Positions 9,792 to 21,002 of a stretch of DNA of 64,000 nucleotides are shown piece by piece; the first letter of the stretch is position 1, and each line of letters starts with the position of its first letter. The notes below the pieces were generated by a model. The model had not been told where the DNA came from and did no database searches. It saw nothing but the letters and a program-made list of their open reading frames with translations. A program made the translations under genes and the position numbers. The DNA is from Phormidesmis sp. (lineage in GTDB: Bacteria; Cyanobacteriota; Cyanobacteriia; Leptolyngbyales; Leptolyngbyaceae): NCBI GenBank assembly GCA_965248535.1, contig CBDFJR010000002.1, forward strand, positions 96,001-160,000, written 5' to 3'.

Positions 9792-11108
9792 TTGAGAGAA
9801 TATTTGAGAATGAGTGATTCTAAAGAGCTAAGAGGGCAGCGTCTAGCGTGGCTAGAGGGAATTCGTATTTTTGCAGCTATTATGCTGTTGCTCTACCACT
9901 CGCAGCTACTGGTCACGAAATACGGTTACACGCCTCAGCCAACGGGATTGTTGAGCAATGGGCAACAGATTTTAAGAGCCGCCAATCAGCTTGGGACAGG
10001 GTTTATTAGTCAAATTGCCAGTGTCCCTGTTTGGTTTGGCTTTCAGTTTGTAGACGTGTTTGTCTTGATTAGCGGCTTCAGCCTAGTGTTATCACTGAAG
10101 GGAAAACCCTTAGAACTCACGAGCTTTCTTAAGCGGCGATCGCTGCGAATCCTCTTACCGTTTTGGACGGTAGCCTGGTTAGCCTACCCAATCTTGTGGG
10201 CGATCGGTAAACTTACCAATACCTACGCACCCGATGCCTGGCACACCTTTGGCGGGCTGACTTTTCCCCTTCTATTTGACTATGGTGGAGGGGTGCTGAT
10301 GCCCACAAATGGGCCGTGGTGGTTTATTCCGCTCATTCTCAGCTTTGCGTTTATCTTCCCACTTCTGTGGAGTCTTCTACAGCGTTGGGGCATACGTAAC
10401 ATATTGATTATAAGTGTTTTAATTACCACACTCTATCGAGCGTTAGCCGTTTATGTCTTTGGCGGGCATCCGACTTATGTAGTGTTCAATACTCCTGCTG
10501 ATTGGCAGCCCTTTCTGCCGTTCATTGCAAAACTGAGCACCTTTGTGTTGGGAATGGTGACCGCAAAACTTTATCTGCGGGGTAAGGGTGCGATTTATTG
10601 GCAGTCATCTAAAGCTTTATTAGTCGGAGTTCCTATCTATAGTCTTGGGTTTATCTGTCAGTTTTATCGATTTGGTTGGATTTTTGCTGACTTTTTAGTC
10701 GCGATCGGGCTTTCGCTCTGCTGCATGGTCATCTTTCGCACTATTGCCGAAAGGCTGCGGCTGCAATCGATCATGGTTTGGTTGGGGCTGCACAGCTATA
10801 GCTATTTTTTGATTCATAACTTTGTCGTCGATCGAACGATCGGTCTTGCCGTGAGCAATCGGTTTATCTCTTATTATCAAGCGCTTCCTGTGATGGCGAT
10901 CGGGACGCTGCTTTTGGCGATTTTGGTCGATTCAACCGCACCCCTGCTGCAACGAGGAGCCACTCGCTTGGGGCGATCGCTCGACGCGATTTTGGTGCTC
11001 ACGTCTCATTCTCAGATCCGCTCATTCAAAGTGGGCAAAACGCTCTGGGTCAATGACCCTGATCTTGAGCCAGATCTCGATCGATCTAAACAAGCAAAGA
11101 TCCGTTGA
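9792..11108 (+). CDS. Acyltransferase family 3 (OafA-like membrane O-acyltransferase)
   Basis: LEGIR..A, FVLISGF, R..RILLP, WFIPLI, SYSYFLIH; multiple TM segments. Confidence 0.85.
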   Translation: MREYLRMSDSKELRGQRLAWLEGIRIFAAIMLLLYHSQLLVTKYGYTPQPTGLLSNGQQILRAANQLGTGFISQIASVPVWFGFQFVDVFVLISGFSLVLSLKGKPLELTSFLKRRSLRILLPFWTVAWLAYPILWAIGKLTNTYAPDAWHTFGGLTFPLLFDYGGGVLMPTNGPWWFIPLILSFAFIFPLLWSLLQRWGIRNILIISVLITTLYRALAVYVFGGHPTYVVFNTPADWQPFLPFIAKLSTFVLGMVTAKLYLRGKGAIYWQSSKALLVGVPIYSLGFICQFYRFGWIFADFLVAIGLSLCCMVIFRTIAERLRLQSIMVWLGLHSYSYFLIHNFVVDRTIGLAVSNRFISYYQALPVMAIGTLLLAILVDSTAPLLQRGATRLGRSLDAILVLTSHSQIRSFKVGKTLWVNDPDLEPDLDRSKQAKIR

Positions 11109-11168
11109 TCCTGAATTCCTATTCTCAACTTCTGCTGCCTCGATCGTGAGACTGATCCGCTACTCTAA

Positions 11169-11412
11169 GGAACGTGGATTAAATAACTTGTAAAAGTCCT
11201 CTAATTGGTCATCGTCGAGACGCTTGGCTCGTAAATTCCCCACGAGTAAGAGACTTTAAAACTGGAGTCTTGGCTCAAAGTCGCCCAACATGGGGGATCT
11301 AGGGGGCTAAAGCCGACCGAAACGCAGCGACAAAGACTTTGTACACTGTAGGCTCCTGAGGGAGAGAGTTAGGGAGAGGGCGAGACGTTGCCCCTTAATC
11401 AATCCACGTTCC
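11169..11412. mobile_element. MITE-like element
   Basis: Perfect 12-bp TIR GGAACGTGGATT...AATCCACGTTCC, flanked by TAA on both sides; no ORF. Confidence 0.75.
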
Positions 11413-12076
11413 TAAGCATTTAACGTGCATCCTAGTCTTGCTAGTCTCAAATGAGCCTAAATTCGAGAATATAGGCTGAAAGCCTCATTGCGTCGAGGGT
11501 ATGAGTTTAGGTAATAGCACTATTGCAAACGTGGGATGCCCCAGCATTTACGAATTTTTACCAAGAATTCGATGCCAACATGTGAAGTCCCTATGAATCC
11601 GGACGGGTTTCTTGTGCGTGTTACTGAGAGAAATGTTAAGGTGCTGTCAGAAGAAAATAGCAACGTAGATTCTTGGAGCATTATCTGACCTAAGCTGCTT
11701 CGAGTTGCAATTTCCGTGCGTCTAGGCACAGTAACTCCCGCTCAAGTGCCTCACCCCGCATAGATACACCGATACCCCCATGAAAAAACTGACTCAAACG
11801 GTTGCTGCCTATGTCTTTACAGCAAGACGGTCATCCAGTAACAACTACGTGATCACATTCAACGATTGACTGTTCCATGCAATAGTCCGGACAGTTTTTT
11901 GAACGGTTCCATCAGGTTTTCAGGGGTTGCAGTTCTAGGATCGAGCTACACGATCAAAGTTAGAAATAACGCTGACTTTAATCAAGAGATCCCATCCACG
12001 ACTGAATCAGGGTCTGAGCCTCAAAATCTGCTCAAGGTTTGTCCGAAGGGTTACTAGAAAATTAACAGCTTAAGAC

Positions 12077-13273
12077 ATGAAAATCGCCGTGATTGGTTCT
12101 AAAGGTTTGCCCCCTTGTGAAGGCGGGATTGAACACCATTGTGCTGAAATCTATCCTCGTGTCGTCACAGAAGGGTATCTCGTTGATCTCTTTGCTCGAT
12201 CTTCCTATACTGGCTCCTCCTGGCGTGATCCCAGTGAGTTTCGAGGAGTTCGCATCGTTTCTTTACCAGGCTCAAGATTCAATGGCTTTGATGCACTAGT
12301 TAACTCGGCCCTTAGCACGATCGCCGCTAGCCTAAGGCGATACGATGTCATCCATTTCCATGCTTTGGGGCCATCTTTGTGGTCATGGCTACCCCGCCTA
12401 GTCACTCAGTCAGAGATTGTTGTGACCTGTCATGGTCTTGACTGGCAACGGGGCAAATGGGGGAAATTTTCTAGCCTATTGATTCGGTTAGGTGAACTGG
12501 CTGCCGTTCAATTTGCCCACCGCATCATCGTCGTTTCAGAAGACCTACAGCGTTATTTTTGGGAAACCTATGGTCGAGAAACGATCTACATAGGCAATGC
12601 GCCTGCTAGCTACGCTGAATCCGACTCAAACTTCTCCTATGGCACGTCGCTTGGTTTAGACAAAAGTCGATACATTCTGTTTTTGGGTAGATTGGTGCCA
12701 GAAAAATGCCCTGACTTATTGATTGCCGCATTTCAGAAACTTCAAATCGAAGGTTGGAAATTGGTGATTGCGGGTGGGGTCGTCAAAGACTCAGCGTTTA
12801 GTAAATCTTTACTAAGCTCGGCGGCAGGAAGGACTGATATTGTGTTTACAGGTGAGCTACGAGGCAATCAGTTGGCTGAAATAGTCCGAAGTGCTGGACT
12901 ATTTATGTTGCCGTCTGCCTTAGAAGGACTGTCCCTGGCTTTATTAGAGGCGATGCACGAGAAGGTGCCTGTGATTGCCAGTGACCTGCCTGTTCATCAA
13001 ACGATCCTTGGAAAGGAGCGAGGACTCTTGTTTCGTGCCAATGACCTAGATTCGTGCGTATCTAAACTAGAGTGGGCAGTGCAACATCTCCCACAAATGG
13101 CAGCTATGGCTAGCAAAGCTCAGGCTTATGTGGAAGAGCACCATAATTGGGATCAAGTTATAGTAGAACACCTAACTGTCTACCAACAAGTTTCAACTTC
13201 AGGTGCTTTACCAATATTTCATGATCAGGAGGCACCGACAGTCTGCGCCGCAGTATCGCAAAAAGGCTTCTAA
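12077..13273 (+). CDS. Glycosyltransferase family 4
   Basis: GGIE, FLGRLVPEK, PS..EGLSLALLEAM (EX7E). Confidence 0.9.
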   Translation: MKIAVIGSKGLPPCEGGIEHHCAEIYPRVVTEGYLVDLFARSSYTGSSWRDPSEFRGVRIVSLPGSRFNGFDALVNSALSTIAASLRRYDVIHFHALGPSLWSWLPRLVTQSEIVVTCHGLDWQRGKWGKFSSLLIRLGELAAVQFAHRIIVVSEDLQRYFWETYGRETIYIGNAPASYAESDSNFSYGTSLGLDKSRYILFLGRLVPEKCPDLLIAAFQKLQIEGWKLVIAGGVVKDSAFSKSLLSSAAGRTDIVFTGELRGNQLAEIVRSAGLFMLPSALEGLSLALLEAMHEKVPVIASDLPVHQTILGKERGLLFRANDLDSCVSKLEWAVQHLPQMAAMASKAQAYVEEHHNWDQVIVEHLTVYQQVSTSGALPIFHDQEAPTVCAAVSQKGF

Positions 13274-14003
13274 GCCGCTCTATCAATGCTCCGGACAGGG
13301 TTAGTTTGCTATCGCTAGAATGGGGCATTCAGCCCCTGACCACAGTGACGTGACTAACGAGAAATTGAGGGTTTCAGCCTCTTTCTAAAAAACTGTCCGG
13401 ACTCCTATTATAGGCAGCGTTGTATTATATACCCAGCTAACACTTATAGCATTTTCAGATGGTTTGCAACCCTTCCTACCTGCGTTAAGCTCTAACTCTA
13501 GATTAAACCTTCCTGCTGCCTAAATTGTTTCTGAGCAGGATCAATCTCCTCGACACCAGCAGAGTCAGTCACCAGAACAAAATCCTTCCGTACTCCTATA
13601 GGCTATAGTTCCCATGAGCTTAATCGTTAACATCGTCCACTCTTCTAGTCCTTCAAATAGACCTGAAGTCAATCTCAAACTAAAATAATGGAGGCGAGGG
13701 TTATTAGAGCAGACGTTCTTATCGACTTAAAGCAAACTCAATGACCGTCTGGGCGTTATCGCGTTAGTTAGAATTCTGAGAGCAGTTTAAGCGCTGAGTA
13801 GCAAGCTTTTATCTGCGAGATGACAAGAGCAGGTCAGGAGATTAGTTGAATTGACTAGATTGGATCAAGCTTTCTCTGTTTTGCAATTTGTTGAACTAAG
13901 TAGGTGGGTCAGATTGAGTATAAGATGACCTCGCTTGAAAGTCTTATACATCCCTATCCATCCTGAAAAGCATCTTCATTTTAATTACACGCACCAACTT
14001 AGC

Positions 14004-16214
14004 ATGAATTCTAAAACTCAAAAAGTGTCACTAGATTCCCTAGAAATTGACTTGCAGCAGTACTGGTTGATTGTGATGCGCCGATGGCTTCCTGCTTCCA
14101 GTGCTTTTTTCTGTGTGCTGATGCTGTCAGTATTCCTCGCTTCTCTGCAAAAGCCAGTTTATCGGGCACAGGGAAAGCTCTTGTTGAAATCAGATCGAAC
14201 GGCATTGCTGACAGGGATAGGAACAGAGCTAGGAGAATTTTCACCGTTAACTGTGCAGAGTAGCCCCCTTAAAACAGAAACCGAGGTGCTGCTGTCGGCT
14301 CCTCTATTGGAAAAAACGATCGCACGGCTTAAGGCAACCGATCCGCACGGCGATTTCCGGGAGTTAGGGGCTATGGGAGAGCGGTTGAAGGTGACAGCGG
14401 TTTCTGGTGCTGATGTTTTGCAGGTTGCGTTTGAAGATAGAAACCCTCAAACTGCTGCGACAGTCGTTAATGAACTGATGAAAGTCTACATTGACAATAA
14501 CATTGCCACCAACCGGGGACGAGCAGCCGCAGCGCGAGAGTTTATTGCTCAACAACTGCCTAAAACAGAAGCAACCGTCCATCAGGCAGATGTAGAGCTA
14601 CGTCGATTTAAAGAACAAAATGGTATTACTAATTTAGAGGAAGAATCTAAATCACTAGTGGCTAATACCTCTTCATTGCAATCTGATATTATCAAAACCT
14701 CTACCGATCTTGCCGATGCTACTGCTCGTTTGAGTGCGCTGAAAAGTAAGGTGGGGCTTAGTAGTGAAGCAGCGATATCTCTTAGTTCTCTAGGTCAAGC
14801 CGTTGGGGTTCAGCAGGCTCTTAAAGAGTTGCAAGATACTCAAAATCAACTGGCAATTGAGCAATCACGATATGAAGATCAGTATCCTACTGTTGTCAAT
14901 CTTAAGCAGAAAGAAGCTGCTCTGCGGGCGTTGTTAAAGACTCGTGTCAGTGGGGTTGTGGGTCGCCCTGGTGCTGTTGCAGATGCCAGTTTGCAGATTG
15001 GCTCAACGAAACAAAGCCTGATTGAAAAATTTGTTGCCACTGAAGTAGAGCGCTTAGGGTTAGCCAATAGAGTCGCGGTGCTTTCTAATGCCGCCGATCG
15101 CTATCGGCTTCGGGCTGGCACGTTCCCCAGACTAGAACAGGATCAGCGAGAATTGCAGCGGCGGTTAGAAGTATCGCAAACGACTTATGAGACGCTGTTG
15201 AAAAAGCTTCAGGAAGTAAAGGTCACAGAACAACAGGATACAGGGAATGCCCGGATTGTTGAATTGGCGGCAATGCCTACTGCCCCGGTGGGGACTAAGA
15301 AACTTCTGAGCTTAGTCATGGGAGGATTGCTGGCAACGATCGCAGCCATCGTAACCATCATTGCCCTAGAAGCCGCCGATCGATCAGTGAAGACACTCAA
15401 GGAGGCGCGGCAGCTATTTAACTATACCTGGCTAGGCTCGATTCCTCGGTTTGGTAAGTCTTCTCTGCCTCGCGGCAAATATGCAGACTATTTAGTCCCG
15501 GCTTTGCCCGTGCGGGATCAGCCCCGATCGCCCATTAGTGCCGCTTACCGCATGTTGCAGGCAAATATGAAATTCCTCAACGTGGGCAAGGAGTTTAAGA
15601 CTGTTGTCGTGACGAGTTCAGTCCCCAAGGAGGGCAAGTCTACCGTTTCAGCGAATCTGGCAGCTACGATCGCTCAGTTGGGTCGTCGAGTCTTGTTGAT
15701 CGATACCGATCTGTATCATCCTCAGCAGCATCATATCTGGAATCTAACCAATGCAGTCGGGTTGACCAATGTGATTGTGGGAGAGTCCAGTCTAGCGGCC
15801 GCTTTCAATCCAGTGATGGATAGGCTGGATGTATTGACCGCTGGTGTAGTTCCTCCAAATCCCTTGGCAGTGTTGGACTCTAAACCCATGAGTGACCTTG
15901 TTGCTGCTGTTGCCCAAAACTATGATTTCGTAATTTTGGATGCATCGCCGCTGATGGTCGGCGCAGAAGCTCTGACTTTAGGGAAAATAACGGATGGTTT
16001 ATTAATGGTTGTTCGTCCGGGCGTGTTGGATTTTGCCAGTGCCAACACAGTCAAGGAATTACTGCAACAGTCTGGACAGAATATTCTGGGAATGGTTGTT
16101 AACTGTGCTGCCTCAGAAACCGAGTTCAATCGCTTTTCTTACTACACCCAGACTGGGTTGAAGTTGGACAAGAATGCGCCAAAGCATCAGTCTACTTTGC
16201 CCAGAGATAGCTAG
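14004..16214 (+). CDS. wzc: Polysaccharide co-polymerase / tyrosine autokinase (GumC/Wzc)
   Basis: Two TMs around a coiled-coil; Walker A SSVPKEGKST, VLLIDTD, VILDASP. ATG 14004 preferred over TTG 13935. Confidence 0.9.
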   Translation: MNSKTQKVSLDSLEIDLQQYWLIVMRRWLPASSAFFCVLMLSVFLASLQKPVYRAQGKLLLKSDRTALLTGIGTELGEFSPLTVQSSPLKTETEVLLSAPLLEKTIARLKATDPHGDFRELGAMGERLKVTAVSGADVLQVAFEDRNPQTAATVVNELMKVYIDNNIATNRGRAAAAREFIAQQLPKTEATVHQADVELRRFKEQNGITNLEEESKSLVANTSSLQSDIIKTSTDLADATARLSALKSKVGLSSEAAISLSSLGQAVGVQQALKELQDTQNQLAIEQSRYEDQYPTVVNLKQKEAALRALLKTRVSGVVGRPGAVADASLQIGSTKQSLIEKFVATEVERLGLANRVAVLSNAADRYRLRAGTFPRLEQDQRELQRRLEVSQTTYETLLKKLQEVKVTEQQDTGNARIVELAAMPTAPVGTKKLLSLVMGGLLATIAAIVTIIALEAADRSVKTLKEARQLFNYTWLGSIPRFGKSSLPRGKYADYLVPALPVRDQPRSPISAAYRMLQANMKFLNVGKEFKTVVVTSSVPKEGKSTVSANLAATIAQLGRRVLLIDTDLYHPQQHHIWNLTNAVGLTNVIVGESSLAAAFNPVMDRLDVLTAGVVPPNPLAVLDSKPMSDLVAAVAQNYDFVILDASPLMVGAEALTLGKITDGLLMVVRPGVLDFASANTVKELLQQSGQNILGMVVNCAASETEFNRFSYYTQTGLKLDKNAPKHQSTLPRDS

Positions 16215-16253
16215 CGCGATCGCGCTTAACATTGAAATCCACGAAATACCCCT

Positions 16254-17333
16254 ATGAAACTGCTTTTTAGAGTCCTTAAGTCACTCAGTCCGGTGATCTT
16301 GCTGGCGATCGCGCTGGTCAGCAACTCGGCTGGAGCGATCGCCAACCCGACTCAGCCCCCTGCCTTTAAGCCAGCCAAGACATCTTTGGCAACCGAGCCA
16401 CTGCAACGAATAGACTTAGCAACGTCAGACTACATTTTGGGGGCAGGCGACCAGATTGAGATTACGGTGATGGGTTACCAGGAATTTACTGGCACAAAAA
16501 TGATCCTGAATGATGGCACAATTGTCCTGCCTGTGGTTGGCAACGTCAAAGCTGCTGGGCGCTCTCCGGCAGTCCTTGCTCAGGAGATGAAACAACAGTT
16601 GCGCCCATTTCTAAAAAATCCTGTCGTAACAGTTGGCGTTCTAAACACCCGCCCTCTGCTGATTACGGTTGCTGGAGAGGTGCAGCGCCCCGGCCCCATA
16701 CAGTTGCAAAGTTTTAGCTCTACTCCCTCAAGCTCAGGAAATCAGCCTAGGGAGATCCCGACTGTTAGCTCTGCTTTAGTGCTTGCGGGTGGCTTGACGC
16801 AGAACGCCGACATTCGTCAAATCACTGTGCGCCGGGTCACGCCAACGGGTGAGCCAATGACAATCACCGTTAATCTGTGGAATGCGGTGGTGTCAGAAAA
16901 TGCGTCTAATAATGCCCTAGTCCAAGATGGCGATGCTCTCTTTGTGCCCAAACTGGCAGCAGGTGATCCCCTAGATCGACGGTTGCTTGCCCGCTCAACC
17001 TTGGCCCCTAAAACCGTCAGAGTAAGGGTGGTGGGTGAAGTCAAGCGGCCGGGTGAAGTGGAGGTGTCACCCAATAGCTCAATTTCGAGTGCGGTTGCGA
17101 TCGCAGGTGGCCCTACCGACAAATCTGCCCTCAAAAAAGTCACGTTTGTTCGCCTGCTAGAGAACGGCAAAGTTGACAAGCGAACGATCGACTTGAGCAA
17201 TTTAACAGATACTTATCAAATTCAAGATGGGGATGTTGTGATTGTGCCCAAGAGTTCTGGTTCAGCCGTGTTGGACTTCACCACACAACTGTTCAGCCCC
17301 CTGGGTGTTCTGCTTAATTTGATTGCACGATGA
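16254..17333 (+). CDS. wza: Polysaccharide export protein with SLBB domains
   Basis: YILGAGD, DGTIVLPVVG, GEV.RPG, AGG repeats. Confidence 0.9.
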   Translation: MKLLFRVLKSLSPVILLAIALVSNSAGAIANPTQPPAFKPAKTSLATEPLQRIDLATSDYILGAGDQIEITVMGYQEFTGTKMILNDGTIVLPVVGNVKAAGRSPAVLAQEMKQQLRPFLKNPVVTVGVLNTRPLLITVAGEVQRPGPIQLQSFSSTPSSSGNQPREIPTVSSALVLAGGLTQNADIRQITVRRVTPTGEPMTITVNLWNAVVSENASNNALVQDGDALFVPKLAAGDPLDRRLLARSTLAPKTVRVRVVGEVKRPGEVEVSPNSSISSAVAIAGGPTDKSALKKVTFVRLLENGKVDKRTIDLSNLTDTYQIQDGDVVIVPKSSGSAVLDFTTQLFSPLGVLLNLIAR

Positions 17334-17447
17334 TTCAACCTATCCTCTACCCAGAAATAGGCTTGGGGGTTGCAGGCGGTGTGAGAGTTTTCTCATTACC
17401 CAGGGAGAACCAGACGTTTAGCCCATTCGCGAGTTTGAGAACCTAAC

Positions 17448-18836
17448 ATGAGCCTAAAAGCCAAAGTTCTACAGGGCGGTCTCTATCTGGCAATTCGTCA
17501 GGGTATGGGCATGGTGATTAGTTTAGTAGGTGTTTTGCTAATCACCCGTTTTATTGGCCCAGAACAATATGGACTCTATGCCTCCGCTTTTGGGTTGTTC
17601 TACTACCTGCAAAGTGTCAGTCAGTTAGGCATCGCTGTCTACCTAGTGCGTCACGAAGAAGAAAGCGATGTCACAATTTATCATCAGGCGTTTACGTTGC
17701 TGCTGCTGGTCAGCCTCTTGGGTGTTGGTCTCAGCTTAGTGGGAGTGCCTCTGTTAAGTCAGTGGATCGGACTCAAGGGGTTTGGACTCTTGGCTCAAAT
17801 GTTATTTCTAAGCTTGCCTATTGTGCTGGTGAGTCAGGTGCCTTTAGCAAAAATGGAACGGGAGTTGACCTATAAAGGGGTGGCCTGGATTGAGCTAGTG
17901 GGGCAGATTGGTTACTTTTTAATAGCGCTGCCGATCGCGTTCAAAGGGGGTGGAGCCTGGAGCCTAGTCGCTGGCTGGTGGCTCCAGCAATCCAGTATGT
18001 TAGTTCTATTTTTCTGGGTGACTCGCTATCAGCCCCGTCTCTGCTGGCAGCCAACGTTAGTCCGGCAAATCTTGGGCTACAGCATTGGCTACTCGGCTTC
18101 GTTTTGGGTGTGGCAGTTGCGTTCGCTAGTCAACCCGCTGCTAGTAGGGCGTTTTTTGGGAGCGGAAGCGGTCGGTTATGTAGCGCTGGCAAGCCGCATG
18201 GTGGAACTATTGGGGTTTGTCAAGTCTGCTACCTACCGTCTTTCGATCGCGGCCTTGGCACGCTTGCAGGGCGATCGGGTGCGGTTGGCAAAGGCAATTA
18301 CAGACGGCATGAGTCTACAAGTGCTGGCGCTAGGCCCGTTCTTAGTGATTGTTAGTTGGCTGGGTGTCTGGTTTCTACCGCTATTATTTGGGGCCAAATG
18401 GCTGCCGACAATGCTGATTTATCCCTTCATTGCAGCTAGCCTGCTGGGAAATGCGTTGTTTAACATGCACTCTTCTGCCCTGTATGCCCTCAATCGCAAC
18501 TGGGAAGTCACTATATTTCACCTTGTGCATATTGCTTTGTTTGCAGTCACAAGCTGGCTGTTGCTTCCGAAGCTAGGACTGATTGGCTATGGTTATGCAG
18601 AAATCGCCACGATCGCCAGCCATGGCGTGATTCACGCTTATCTGGTGCGCGACTTGCAAAGCCCCAATTATCAATTTGCTGGGCTATTAGCCCTTGGGTT
18701 TGGGATAGCACTCTTTCCTTATCAGTTAGGGTGGTGGGTTGTTTTAGTCTTAGCCTTTGTCCTTTTGTTGCCAGATACGCGGCATAAACTCGTGGATTTG
18801 TGGAAAAGCTTCAGGAGTTTGAAAAATGCAGGTTAA
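17448..18836 (+). CDS. wzx: Oligosaccharide flippase
   Basis: Polytopic membrane protein, R...PEQYG motif, EPS-cluster context. Confidence 0.85.
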   Translation: MSLKAKVLQGGLYLAIRQGMGMVISLVGVLLITRFIGPEQYGLYASAFGLFYYLQSVSQLGIAVYLVRHEEESDVTIYHQAFTLLLLVSLLGVGLSLVGVPLLSQWIGLKGFGLLAQMLFLSLPIVLVSQVPLAKMERELTYKGVAWIELVGQIGYFLIALPIAFKGGGAWSLVAGWWLQQSSMLVLFFWVTRYQPRLCWQPTLVRQILGYSIGYSASFWVWQLRSLVNPLLVGRFLGAEAVGYVALASRMVELLGFVKSATYRLSIAALARLQGDRVRLAKAITDGMSLQVLALGPFLVIVSWLGVWFLPLLFGAKWLPTMLIYPFIAASLLGNALFNMHSSALYALNRNWEVTIFHLVHIALFAVTSWLLLPKLGLIGYGYAEIATIASHGVIHAYLVRDLQSPNYQFAGLLALGFGIALFPYQLGWWVVLVLAFVLLLPDTRHKLVDLWKSFRSLKNAG

Positions 18837-19779
18837 AGGGTCGAATTCATTGCCGCTGGTCAGCATCCTGATCAACAACTATAACTACGGTCAATTCTTG
18901 GCAGAGGCGATCGAAAGCGCGTTACAGCAAACTTATCCCCATACCGAGGTCGTTGTGGTAGATGATGGTTCCACCGACAATTCACGCGAGATCATTGCCA
19001 CTTATGGGGAGGCGATCGTTCCTGTTTTGAAAGCAAACGGTGGGCAGGCTTCAGCATTCAATGCTGGGTTTGCGGCCAGTCAAGGAGATATCATTTGTTT
19101 TTTAGATGCGGATGATCTGTATCTGCCCGAAAAAGTCACAGCGATCGTAGATGTTCTCAACAATTACCAGGAAAGCGCCTGGTGTTTCCATTCCCTCAAG
19201 ATTGTAAACTCCACAAACAAAACCCCGATCGCTCCAGAAGATCACCCTAGGATTGTTTCGGTAGAGGCGTGCGATGTGCGCTCCGATATGCGTCAGGGCG
19301 GCAAAGGACTGCGGCAAAAGCTGCCCTTTTCCCTTCCCGCAACCTCTGGACTCTGCTTTACTCGTCCCCTCCTTCGGCAGATTTTACCAATGCCGGAGGC
19401 CGAAGGAATCGCGATCGGGGATAGCTACGTGCAATTTGTCTCTCTGGCACTAGCACAAGGCTTTGCAATACTCAGCAACCTTGCACTCCAGCGCGTTCAT
19501 AGCAACAATTCCTATACCCGCAGTGTCAACCGAAAAGCCGCAACCGCCAGGATTTTTTGCCTAACAGCCTTCTGGATGCGAACCAACTTTCCCGTTCAGA
19601 CCCAATTTGCCCATAAATTCTTTGCGGCTGGCTTGAGCGACTACTGGCAGGTCAACCAAACAGACAGCAAGACCCAAGAAGTGATAGAGAAATATTTTAG
19701 GTCTATTTCTCCCCTAGAACAGTTAAAAATTCGAGTCAGATCGTTGTACTACTACTTCACCAGCAATCATGTCGAGTAG
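18826..19779 (+). CDS. Glycosyltransferase family 2
   Basis: VSILINNYN, VVDDGSTD, FLDADD. Confidence 0.9.
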   Translation: MQVKGSNSLPLVSILINNYNYGQFLAEAIESALQQTYPHTEVVVVDDGSTDNSREIIATYGEAIVPVLKANGGQASAFNAGFAASQGDIICFLDADDLYLPEKVTAIVDVLNNYQESAWCFHSLKIVNSTNKTPIAPEDHPRIVSVEACDVRSDMRQGGKGLRQKLPFSLPATSGLCFTRPLLRQILPMPEAEGIAIGDSYVQFVSLALAQGFAILSNLALQRVHSNNSYTRSVNRKAATARIFCLTAFWMRTNFPVQTQFAHKFFAAGLSDYWQVNQTDSKTQEVIEKYFRSISPLEQLKIRVRSLYYYFTSNHVE

Positions 19780-19812
19780 CTGCTGTTATCTAACCCTCCT
19801 TCACCAAAACAG

Positions 19813-20931
19813 ATGAGAGACGATATGAAAATTAAGACAATGCTTGTGACGGGCGACGCACTCTTTTTGCGCCGTTATCAGCCTTTGTTTGAGGCGATCG
19901 CCTCCCAATGTCAACAGTTAACTTACTTGACGGGTGATCAACGGTCTGAGAATCGTTTCTTAAATCAGATCACAAAAGTAGCGAATAAGCTGATTTATAC
20001 GGTTTCTCCAAGCTATGCCAACAGATTACAGAAAAATAGCCAGACATTTATCAGAAAATCAAGATGGCTTGAAGGCAAAATTAGACAGCTTACCGATCAA
20101 CCAGATTTTGTACTACACACGTTTAGTATGTACAGCCCTTTTTGGGATCAATTCGACATCCCCTACGGCATGTATCTGGACTATACAATGATGCTGGTTC
20201 ACAAAAACTGGGCACCCTGGGCACCCTTTGAAACCCCTGACAAATTCTCCGATTGGCTTAACTGCGAGCGCCTGACCTATGAGCGGGCTACTCATCTTTT
20301 TACAATGAGTCGTCTGGTTAAGTCTTCGTTAGTCAATGACTATAATATCTCGCCTGAGAAAATTACGGTTGTGGGTTCTTTTGCAAATCGTCATACCGTG
20401 TATGATGGCGAAAAGAAATTTGGCAGCAAACAGCTTTTGTTCAATGGTGCAGAGTTTGAACGCAAGGGTGGAGATCTAGTACTAGAAGCATTCAAACACG
20501 TCAAGAAAGCTTTGCCAGAAGCCAGTCTAGTGGTGATTGGTAAAAAGCTAAAAACCACTGTTGCCGGAGTTGATAATCCAGGTCGCATTGCGTCCCTAGA
20601 GGAAATGCGCCAACTGTTTCTAAAAACCGATCTGGTTCTCGCTCCCGCTAGGTGCGACCCATTTCCATCGTTTGTGATTGAAGCAATGAATTATGGGGTT
20701 CCCTGTGTTGTCTCACGAAATGATGGAATGCCTGAAATCGTCGATCACGGCATTAATGGTCTGGTTGTCGATTCGCCAACTCCTGAAATGCTGGCTGAGA
20801 AGATCATTGATTTGATGAGTGATCTTCCAACCTTAGCGTCAATGTCTCAACAAGCTCGGCAAAAGGTCACCACTGAGTTGAATCGGCACAGCGTCGCTGC
20901 AAAGATCATCCAAGCCATCGCCATCAAATAA
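19813..20931 (+). CDS. Glycosyltransferase family 4
   Basis: RKG, DPFPSFVIEAM, EIVDHGING. Confidence 0.85.
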   Translation: MRDDMKIKTMLVTGDALFLRRYQPLFEAIASQCQQLTYLTGDQRSENRFLNQITKVANKLIYTVSPSYANRLQKNSQTFIRKSRWLEGKIRQLTDQPDFVLHTFSMYSPFWDQFDIPYGMYLDYTMMLVHKNWAPWAPFETPDKFSDWLNCERLTYERATHLFTMSRLVKSSLVNDYNISPEKITVVGSFANRHTVYDGEKKFGSKQLLFNGAEFERKGGDLVLEAFKHVKKALPEASLVVIGKKLKTTVAGVDNPGRIASLEEMRQLFLKTDLVLAPARCDPFPSFVIEAMNYGVPCVVSRNDGMPEIVDHGINGLVVDSPTPEMLAEKIIDLMSDLPTLASMSQQARQKVTTELNRHSVAAKIIQAIAIK

Positions 20932-21002
20932 CTTATTGACTCAAACGTTCAGATTCAGACATTTATTCCGTAGATTACCGATCGGTTGTATCTTGATTCA
21001 AA

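Noticed and set aside
11420..12070. Long intergenic region and small ORFs as an ncRNA or riboswitch
   Set aside because: No recognisable conserved RNA motif; cannot be supported without a covariance search.
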